NCBI GenBank assembly: GCA_963718585.1
Contig: OY970357.1
Location: 240,001 to 272,000, forward strand
Length of the DNA stretch: 32,000 bases
Direction of reading: 5' to 3'
DNA from: Candidatus Saccharimonadota bacterium
Lineage (GTDB): Bacteria; Patescibacteriota; Patescibacteriia; 2-12-FULL-60-25
Part shown: positions 15,317 to 21,711 of the stretch, piece after piece
How positions within the stretch are numbered: the first letter of the stretch is position 1
How the letters are laid out: each line of letters begins with the position of its first letter
Notes under the pieces: generated by a model
Database searches by the model: none
What the model was told of the DNA's origin: nothing
Seen by the model: the letters and a program-made list of their open reading frames with translations, nothing else
Made by a program: the position numbers and the translations under genes

Positions 15317-15716
15317 TGGTGGAGATGGGGGGAGTCGCACCCCCGTCCGTCCGTCACCGGCACCTCATTCGTCCACAGGCTTGGTCCGCTCAATATCTCG
15401 GCGCGCGCGGCAAAACGGACGAGGCGCGCGAGCCTACGCATCCGCCAATGTCACCGACTGCGGGATGCGAGCGCAGAGGGTCGAGTCTGAAAGATGGCGT
15501 TCTGACCCGTCCGTCAGACGCGGAGCGGGGGAACGTGGCCTCGAACCTGTATTAGGCGAGAACCATGGCAGGTGCCGAGACGCGGAACGCCGAAGCGATC
15601 GCGCTCTTCACCTTTGAGACAACGTTGGCAGTTGTTGTTCGTGGATCGGTTTAACGAGATGACCCAGCTCGGCCTGCATGGTGTGGAAGTAACGACCGTC
15701 GAAACTCGTCATCCCC
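15317..15716 (-). ncRNA. ssrA: tmRNA (transfer-messenger RNA)
   Basis: The minus strand begins GGGGAUGACGAGUUUCGACGG (canonical tmRNA 5' end, with a G3-U pair possible). It ends GGACGGGGGUGCGACUCCCCCCAUCUCCACCA (T-arm, acceptor strand, ACCA). The 5' GGGGAUG pairs with the 3' CAUCUCC. It lies directly downstream of smpB. The predicted tag ORF GCC AAC GUU ... GUU CUC GCC UAA occupies 15629 down to 15552. Confidence 0.9.
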
Positions 15717-15866
15717 GTGGGAGAACCTCCCGATCCGGCGCATGACATCGTTGTTCGTTCCGGTGCTCGCCGCCGTACGTTCCAGTACGGCTTGCTCCGC
15801 TCCTCGCGAACGTCTCGTCCTGCATCCAGATCGGAATGTCCTGAGGATCAAAAGGGTTTTTTCTTT

Positions 15867-16337
15867 TCACTCGACTTCACCGCGGAGATGTCGCTGGATG
15901 TCCCGCGTCACGTCACGGCGTTTGAGCTCTTCCTTTTTATCGTACGCCTTTCGGCCACGGCAGAGCCCGAATCCGAGTTTGATCTGACGGCCTGCAGAGT
16001 ATAGCGAAAATGGCACCAATGTCAAGCCTTTTTCCTGCGTTTTTCCGGCCAAATGGGTCAATTCTTTGCTATGGACCAGGACCTTTCGGGTCCGGTCCGG
16101 ATCGATGGTCTCAGGATTCGCGGCTTTTGAGTACGGACGGATATGGGCGCCGACGAGCCACAGCTCCCCATGACGGATCACCAGGTGTGCGCCGTCGATC
16201 TTGGCGCCCCCTTCCCGGATCGCTTTCACCTCCTGACCGGTCAACGCCAAACCGCCCTCGAATTTCTCGAGGGTCTCAAAGTCATGGCGGGCCTTGCGAT
16301 TCTCAGAGAATCGGCCGGAGACATGCTGAGCCATCAC
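15867..16337 (-). CDS. smpB: SsrA-binding protein SmpB
   Basis: NRKARHDFETLEKFEGGLALTGQEVKAIREG...LVGAHIRPY...RTRKLLVHSKE-like core and basic C-terminal tail. It is adjacent to the tmRNA gene. Confidence 0.95.
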   Translation of the reverse strand: MMAQHVSGRFSENRKARHDFETLEKFEGGLALTGQEVKAIREGGAKIDGAHLVIRHGELWLVGAHIRPYSKAANPETIDPDRTRKVLVHSKELTHLAGKTQEKGLTLVPFSLYSAGRQIKLGFGLCRGRKAYDKKEELKRRDVTRDIQRHLRGEVE

Positions 16338-16346
16338 GTCAGTTCA

Positions 16347-16595
16347 TCAGAAAAGGACGGAACGGAACAGGGCGACGGCGGCCGCGCAGAGCCAGACGAT
16401 GTTCAGGACCAGTGGTTGAAGGTCTCTCCGATATCTCGTCTCGATGATGATGCCCAGGGCGCCCGTGAGGTTCAGGAGTTGATAGGGAAGTGCGGTCGGC
16501 GCGAGGATCCCGAGACTGAGGAGGATGTATGCGCATAAGATGGCCAGGACTCCGTACCAACCGGCCACTTGGATCAAACGTTCTCTCTTCTGCAT
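16347..16595 (-). CDS. Small three-TM membrane protein (82 aa)
   Basis: There are three hydrophobic segments (WYGVLAILCAYILLSLGIL, LLNLTGALGIIIE, LVLNIVWLCAAAVALF). TATAAT lies 6 nt upstream of the ATG on the minus strand, and the stop is 9 nt before smpB. From memory it resembles the CBU_0592-type small membrane protein family. This is unverified. Confidence 0.65.
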   Translation of the reverse strand: MQKRERLIQVAGWYGVLAILCAYILLSLGILAPTALPYQLLNLTGALGIIIETRYRRDLQPLVLNIVWLCAAAVALFRSVLF

Positions 16596-16601
16596 TCTTC
16601 C

Positions 16602-16609
16602 ATTATACT
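16602..16609. promoter_or_regulatory. Overlapping divergent -10 boxes in a 20-bp intergenic region
   Basis: The + strand reads TATACT (16604-16609) + ccctct + ATG 16616. The - strand reads TATAAT (complement of 16602-16607) + ggaaga + ATG 16595. Neither gene has room for a leader or a Shine-Dalgarno. Confidence 0.55.
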
Positions 16610-16615
16610 CCCTCT

Positions 16616-17653
16616 ATGCCTGCATCCAATGAACGCCGCATCATCATCGACACCTCGACGATCCTCAAGGTCATCGGGGTCTTCCTCGTGTTGTGGTTCG
16701 CGTACCTCGTCCGTGACATCCTCGCGTTGCTCTTCGTGTCGCTTTTCCTCGCCGCGATCATGAATCCGGCGGCGGTGGCGCTGACCAAGGTCAAGATCCC
16801 GAAAGGGGTCACGGTCATCATGTTATATATCGTCCTCTTGGGTCTTGGGGTCCTGACGATCGGTCTTCTGCTTCCGACCTTGATCGACCAGAGTGCGAAT
16901 CTGCTCCGTACTCTCGGGATCTCTGGTGACACGATCTCCAGCACCGTCCAGTGGTTACAGCGATTTTCACCGGAAGACCTCCGTCAGAACATCGAGGCAG
17001 GTATGCAACTGTTGAACGGTGGTCAATTCTCCGGCGCCGCTTCCGCGTTCGTCGGAACGGTCACGAATGTCTTCGGCGGCCTCATCGGCCTCATCGTGGT
17101 CTTGGTCATGGCGTTTTACATGGTCGTGCAGGAGCAGGACGCGCGCGACGCGTTCAAGAATTTCGTTCCGGAAGATTGGCAGGAGTCGATCTCCGCGGTC
17201 CTGAAGCGCGTGCAGGAGAAGATCAGTCGTTGGCTCGTCGGTCAGCTGTCACTCTGTCTCATCATCGGACTCTTCTATTATATCGGCCTTAGCATCATCG
17301 GGTTACATGCCGCACTCTTGCTTGCGCTGTGGGGTGGCTTCACGGAATTCATCCCATACCTCGGGCCGATCCTCGGTGCGATCCCGGCTTTGCTCATCGC
17401 GCTCAGCATCTCTCCTGTCATGGTCGCATTGACCTTCCTCGTCATCTTCATCATTCAGGAAGCCGAAGGACACATCATTGTCCCGAAAGTGATGCAAAAG
17501 GCCGTGGGACTCAACCCGCTCGTCTCGATCACGGCGTTACTCGTCGGGGCAAAGCTCTATGGGATCGTCGGGGCGCTCTTGGCGATCCCGGTCGCGACGG
17601 CCGTTTCCGTCGTCTTGAGCGAACTCTATCGCATCCGGACCGCACGGCGGTGA
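16616..17653 (+). CDS. AI-2E family transporter (PerM/UPF0118-type permease)
   Basis: The protein from the internal ATG at 16616 (MPASNERRIIIDTSTILKVIGVFLVLWF...) is polytopic. It has the family-typical C-terminal FIPYLGPILGAIPALLIAL...IIQEAEGHIIVPKVMQKAVGLNPLVSI motif region. Confidence 0.9.
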   Translation: MPASNERRIIIDTSTILKVIGVFLVLWFAYLVRDILALLFVSLFLAAIMNPAAVALTKVKIPKGVTVIMLYIVLLGLGVLTIGLLLPTLIDQSANLLRTLGISGDTISSTVQWLQRFSPEDLRQNIEAGMQLLNGGQFSGAASAFVGTVTNVFGGLIGLIVVLVMAFYMVVQEQDARDAFKNFVPEDWQESISAVLKRVQEKISRWLVGQLSLCLIIGLFYYIGLSIIGLHAALLLALWGGFTEFIPYLGPILGAIPALLIALSISPVMVALTFLVIFIIQEAEGHIIVPKVMQKAVGLNPLVSITALLVGAKLYGIVGALLAIPVATAVSVVLSELYRIRTARR

Positions 17654-17654
17654 T

Positions 17655-18035
17655 ATGGCGGCTCGGACGCATGTCGGCGTGACGATCCTCTGGTTGGCGG
17701 CCGCGACGGTCGCGATCGTGGCGGTGGCCTATGCTCTGATCCTGGTCACGCATCCGGCACCTCCACCACCGTTGACCCAGCAGGAGATCCGCGTTGCGTG
17801 GGTCGAAGGGGTCATCGATGCGACGCGGGGGATCGGGGCGACCTCCACGCCGGTGGCGATCGAGACGGCAAAGAAGAAATTGTTGGATCTGCGCGTGACC
17901 GCCGATGACCGCGAGACACATCTCAAGCTGGTGATGGGTCTGCTGGCGATGGAGCGCGGCGAATCGGGCGCTTTCGATCAGTACGACGCGGCTCTGGCGG
18001 ATGTCCCTTGGAGCGTCGTCGATGCAAACCACTGA
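17655..18035 (+). CDS. Hypothetical membrane-anchored protein (126 aa)
   Basis: The ATG lies 1 nt after the permease stop. There is an N-terminal TM helix (VTILWLAAATVAIVAVAYALILV), then a Pro-rich linker and a helical domain. Confidence 0.6.
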   Translation: MAARTHVGVTILWLAAATVAIVAVAYALILVTHPAPPPPLTQQEIRVAWVEGVIDATRGIGATSTPVAIETAKKKLLDLRVTADDRETHLKLVMGLLAMERGESGAFDQYDAALADVPWSVVDANH

Positions 18036-18720
18036 TCACATGGAAAAGGACGGATCCAAACGTGTGAAACCGAAACGGGGGAAGAATGCCCTGACGATCT
18101 TCGGGATCATCGCCGGCGTCGTTCTCGTCATCGTTTCCGTGATCGCGTTCGCGATCGCGAAGACCGGACTCGTCAATGTTCCGTTGTTCTCCGCGTTCTA
18201 TCATGGTCCCACGCCGATACGCGTGATCTCTGCGACGCCGATGAGCGTGTCGGATTTCCGCATCCTTGTCGGTTCCCGGTTCCTTTCCCTTGTTCAGGCG
18301 GGGAAGCGACCGCCATATCAGGTCCAGCTTTCGGAGGAGGAGTTGACCGCTGTCCTTGTGGATGCGATCACGCAGGCTCTGCGTGATCCATCGTGGAACG
18401 TACAGGGTGTTCAATTAGCGATCCGTCCGACGGACCTCGAACTGTATGGGCATTTCATCCATGGAGGGACGCGCGTCGATCTTCTTGCGCATGTCGTGCC
18501 GGAGATCAAAGACGGCGGCGTCTCATTTGCGCTCTCCTCTCTCCGGATCGGCGACTATCCCATCTCTCCGCATCTTGGACTCAATATCCTTGGAGCGATA
18601 TTCTCGCGCGACTTCGGAACATTCACGCTCACATTCGGTGATGCGCACCTGACGGACCTCCAACTCCAAGACGGTTCCGTGACGCTGACCGCGGATCGAT
18701 CCCGAGAGGGCTTGAAGTGA
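18022..18720 (+). CDS. Hypothetical membrane-anchored protein (about 230 aa; start 18001/18022/18040 ambiguous)
   Basis: GGAG lies 8 nt upstream of ATG 18022. A basic N-terminus is followed by the TM helix LTIFGIIAGVVLVIVSVIAFAIA and a soluble domain. No family is recognised. Confidence 0.65.
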   Translation: MQTTDHMEKDGSKRVKPKRGKNALTIFGIIAGVVLVIVSVIAFAIAKTGLVNVPLFSAFYHGPTPIRVISATPMSVSDFRILVGSRFLSLVQAGKRPPYQVQLSEEELTAVLVDAITQALRDPSWNVQGVQLAIRPTDLELYGHFIHGGTRVDLLAHVVPEIKDGGVSFALSSLRIGDYPISPHLGLNILGAIFSRDFGTFTLTFGDAHLTDLQLQDGSVTLTADRSREGLK

Positions 18721-18750
18721 CCGTGCGCGCACGACACAATACTCACGAAC

Positions 18751-19512
18751 ATGATCCTCTTGATCCGCGTCCTGCCGATCCTCACGGGCCTCATCGAGGT
18801 CTTCGTCTTTTGGCAGCAGCGGCTTCATCCATCCGTCTACCCCTGGCTCGTGGGGATCGGGGTCCTGTGGCTGCCCGTTGCGTCGTTCCTGATCGCATGG
18901 AAGCATGTTCGATTCAATGATCTGCTTGAAAAGATGGCACCGACCTATCTGTTGCTCGCCGCCCTCGCATTCGCACTCCTGCTCGTCGAGAATATCTGGA
19001 CCCTGCGGATCCTCATCACTCTCGCAGGCGTCAGCTCTCTCTTGTCGCTTGAGGTCTTGTTCCTCCTTGCACATCATCCGACCGCGTATCCTGTGAATGG
19101 CATCTCCCGGGTGAACATCGGATATGTGCCGCTCATCGTGTGGTATGCGGTGTCCACGTCCATCGGTCTGATCACCTTCATCCATTCACCGCGCGTGTGG
19201 CATGTCGTTTTGTGTGCCGTCTTGGGTGCGGTCTTGTTCCGGACGACCGGACACCCCGGGGCGTCCGAAGCGCAGAATCGGATCTGGACATTGATCGGGG
19301 TCGCGACCGGCGTTGAGATCGCGGTCCTCGGATTGCTCATGCCGGTGAGTTTGGCCATCCAAGGCTTTGTCGCTGCCGCGATCTTCAGCGCGGTCCTGCG
19401 CGTGCGTCGGTATCTCTATGATCCCAAGCCGTCACATCGGATGGCGGTCAGTGAAGGGACTGCCTTCCTCGCTTCCTTGATCTTCGCTCTCTCAACCGCA
19501 CGTTGGTTCTGA
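18751..19512 (+). CDS. Hypothetical polytopic membrane protein (253 aa, about 8 TM segments)
   Basis: The ORF is continuously hydrophobic. An AATACT hexamer lies 7 nt upstream of the ATG. Confidence 0.7.
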   Translation: MILLIRVLPILTGLIEVFVFWQQRLHPSVYPWLVGIGVLWLPVASFLIAWKHVRFNDLLEKMAPTYLLLAALAFALLLVENIWTLRILITLAGVSSLLSLEVLFLLAHHPTAYPVNGISRVNIGYVPLIVWYAVSTSIGLITFIHSPRVWHVVLCAVLGAVLFRTTGHPGASEAQNRIWTLIGVATGVEIAVLGLLMPVSLAIQGFVAAAIFSAVLRVRRYLYDPKPSHRMAVSEGTAFLASLIFALSTARWF

Positions 19513-19518
19513 TCATCT

Positions 19519-20694
19519 ATGTCTCGACCCTCCACTTCTTTTGGACCCGTTCCTGTCACCATCGCATTGACCCTCCTTGCAGCTGTGGCTGGCGGTCTCG
19601 CCGGAGGATCCGCCGGATACCTCACGGCCACGTGGGTCGCGGTCCCGATGCCGTCGACGTCTGTCACATCGACCGGCGCCACGCCGGCCGCGACGACGAC
19701 CTTCGAGATCGTTCCGCTTGAGAATCGGCCGGTCACGCCGGTGCTTCCGCCGGCATTCGCCAAGCGCCGCGTCTCTTCCGTGGGCATGGTCTTCCGCAAG
19801 CCGAAAGGGACGACCTTCGAGGATCGTCAGCTCTCTGATGACCGTCTGCTCGGTGAAGCGGTCGCCGTCACAAGCGACGGATGGTTCGTTACGACGAATG
19901 CGGCGATCGAAGGGATGCGTCTCGCGGATCTCGAGGTCTTTCATGACGGTGAGTCCCTCGCAGTCCTTCAGGCGGTCATCGATCAAGCGAACGGAACGGT
20001 CTTCCTCAAGACCGGTGCACGGGATGTGACGCCGTCCGCCTTCGCCCACGTGGCGGACTTGATCCCTGGGGCGGAGATCTGGGTCGAAGCTCGACCCGAT
20101 CAGTACGCCCCGTCCGTGGTCCTGTCGCTCGCATCACCCATTACAGCGGCACAACCGTTGTCGAGCGAGGTCGCCTCGCGGAGGATCCTTCTCGATGGGA
20201 CGAGCATCATGGGCGATCGTGGTGGAGCGGCCTGGGATCCGAACGGATCATTGGTCGGCCTCGTCGCAAGCAAGGAAGGGGAGCGGGTCCGGATCATTCC
20301 GGCAACGAGCATCGCAACGTCGCTTGCATCGCTCCTCTCCACGGGTGAGATCCATCATGCGGTGTTAGGTGTGCGGACCATCGATCTCACGACCATGCGA
20401 CTCGACGGGGATCGGGGTGGACTTCCGCTGAGCGGAGCGCTCATCCATGATGATCTCGTGAGTGGAAAACCCGGCGTTGCCAAAGATTCGCCCGCCGCAG
20501 CCGTGAAGCTGAAGGACGGTGATGTGATTTTGCGTGTCGAACGTGATATCCTAGACGGGACGGCAGACCTCGGTGAGGTCCTGACGGAGTACAAACCTGA
20601 AGCGCAGGTCACGCTTCGCGTCCTCCGTGATGGGCAAGACGTGGACGTTCCAGTCACTCTCGGTCAAGCCGTCACGAGCGAACTGTTGAAATAG
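19519..20694 (+). CDS. HtrA/DegP-like trypsin-fold + PDZ protein with substituted catalytic triad (predicted pseudoprotease)
   Basis: An N-terminal TM/signal anchor (VTIALTLLAAVAGGLAGG) is followed by a trypsin-like region and a C-terminal PDZ (GALIHDDLVSGKPGVAKDSPAAAVKLKDGDVILRVERDIL...VTLRVLRDGQDVDVPVTLG). In a hand alignment TNAAI replaces TNxHV, GTVFLK replaces DIALLK, and GDRGGA replaces GNSGGA. Confidence 0.85.
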   Translation: MSRPSTSFGPVPVTIALTLLAAVAGGLAGGSAGYLTATWVAVPMPSTSVTSTGATPAATTTFEIVPLENRPVTPVLPPAFAKRRVSSVGMVFRKPKGTTFEDRQLSDDRLLGEAVAVTSDGWFVTTNAAIEGMRLADLEVFHDGESLAVLQAVIDQANGTVFLKTGARDVTPSAFAHVADLIPGAEIWVEARPDQYAPSVVLSLASPITAAQPLSSEVASRRILLDGTSIMGDRGGAAWDPNGSLVGLVASKEGERVRIIPATSIATSLASLLSTGEIHHAVLGVRTIDLTTMRLDGDRGGLPLSGALIHDDLVSGKPGVAKDSPAAAVKLKDGDVILRVERDILDGTADLGEVLTEYKPEAQVTLRVLRDGQDVDVPVTLGQAVTSELLK

Positions 20695-20712
20695 ATCGCG
20701 TTGACCCCTTCC

Positions 20713-21351
20713 ATGCCAACGACCAATTATATCCGTCTCTTTGTGCGCGCATGGCGATCCATCGTCATTTTGACGATCATCGGTTTGTGCTTGGCGCTGC
20801 TCTTCTCGTTCATCCAGCCGCTGCAATATTCCTCGACCGAACGGGTGTTGATCACGCAGACCAATGCCACGGGGTTCGATCCGTACACGGCCATCAAATC
20901 AACGGAACGCATTGCGCAGAATCTTTCAGAGATCATCTACACGTCGAGCTTCTTCAATCAGGTGATGGCGAATGCACAAGGCGTGGATGCGAACTATTTC
21001 CCGCAGGATGAGATCGACCGTCGAAAGATGTGGCAAAAGACCATTGAGACAAAGGTGGATACCGGGACCGGCCTGATGACGATCATCGCGTATCACCCAG
21101 ATCGGGCCCAGGCTCAGGAATTGTCCGTGCAGGTGGCGAAACAGCTCGCGGCCGTGGCACCGAATTACTTCGGCTATTCGGTCCGTGTGCAGATCATTGA
21201 TGACCCGCTACCGTCACGGTTTTTTGCCAAGCCGGATTTTCTTCGGAACGGTCTTTTGGGGGCGATCGCTGGATTTCTCATCGCGTGTGCCTGGATCCTA
21301 GGTCGTACAAAAGGGGGGAATCACGCGTCCTCCGGAGGGTTCACGCACTGA
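20713..21351 (+). CDS. Wzz/chain-length-determinant-like (PCP family) membrane protein
   Basis: The N-terminal segment YIRLFVRAWRSIVILTIIGLCLALLFSFIQPLQYSSTERVLI is a Wzz-type motif plus TM1. The C-terminal TM is LLGAIAGFLIACAWILGR. The start is taken at ATG 20713; the track lists TTG 20701. Confidence 0.7.
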   Translation: MPTTNYIRLFVRAWRSIVILTIIGLCLALLFSFIQPLQYSSTERVLITQTNATGFDPYTAIKSTERIAQNLSEIIYTSSFFNQVMANAQGVDANYFPQDEIDRRKMWQKTIETKVDTGTGLMTIIAYHPDRAQAQELSVQVAKQLAAVAPNYFGYSVRVQIIDDPLPSRFFAKPDFLRNGLLGAIAGFLIACAWILGRTKGGNHASSGGFTH

Positions 21352-21394
21352 GCCGGTTCCCAATTTTCCTAAAAAAAGCGCTCAAAAATGGCAA

Positions 21395-21420
21395 AAAACG
21401 GCTGAAAAAGGCCGTTTTAT
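21395..21420. terminator. Intrinsic terminator after the Wzz-like gene
   Basis: AAAACGGC-tgaaaaag-GCCGTTTT hairpin within an unusually A/T-rich 70-nt tract, followed by tta tt. Confidence 0.6.
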
Positions 21421-21436
21421 TGTTGCGCATCATCTA

Positions 21437-21465
21437 TTGACAATATTGGCTCATTATGGTATGGT
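21437..21465 (+). promoter_or_regulatory. Sigma70-like promoter (TTGACA - 17 nt - TATGGT)
   Basis: A consensus -35 TTGACA at 21437-21442 is separated by a 17-nt spacer from TATGGT at 21460-21465. It would give a leader of about 240 nt before ATG 21712. Confidence 0.45.
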
Positions 21466-21521
21466 CCTACGTTCCTAGAACCTTGCGCGGACTTCAGAAA
21501 GCACGTTATTTCCAAGGGTAT

Positions 21522-21586
21522 CGAAGCCGTTCCGACGACGAACCAGGTTCTCCTCCTACCTGGGTCGCCCCGGCGGGACGGCTTCG
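21522..21586 (+). other. 65-nt extended stem-loop in the leader of the 21712 gene, apical loop UCUCCUCCU
   Basis: CGAAGCCGUUCC (21522-21533) pairs with GGGACGGCUUCG (21575-21586): 12 bp with one G-U. The inner stem GACGAACCAGGU (21537-21548) pairs with ACCUGGGUCGCC (21558-21569): 10 of 12. The 9-nt loop (21549-21557) is pyrimidine-only and complementary to Shine-Dalgarno-type sequences. Confidence 0.5.
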
Positions 21587-21711
21587 GACTCCTTGCATGG
21601 TGTAGGGATTCCACAGTCGGCCTTTTGACACAACAACGTTCACATGGCCGGGGACGCACATATAAAGGTGCGGCCCCGGAAGGGCCGCGAGCCCAGAAAG
21701 GACAGGAAGGT

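Noticed and set aside
15172-15441. An N-terminal 90-aa extension of the infC ORF.
   Set aside because: The extension overlaps the 3' T-arm and acceptor of the tmRNA gene (from 15317). It is Arg/Pro-rich with no IF-3 similarity. The IF-3 homology begins just after ATG 15171.
21625-21711. A TTG-initiated extension of the secreted protein ORF, and a second TTGACA (21625-21630) with TATAAA (21661-21666).
   Set aside because: The extension (MTQQRSHGRGRTYKG...) would bury the obvious signal peptide that starts at ATG 21712. The TTGACA and TATAAA boxes are 30 nt apart, too far for a sigma70-type promoter.
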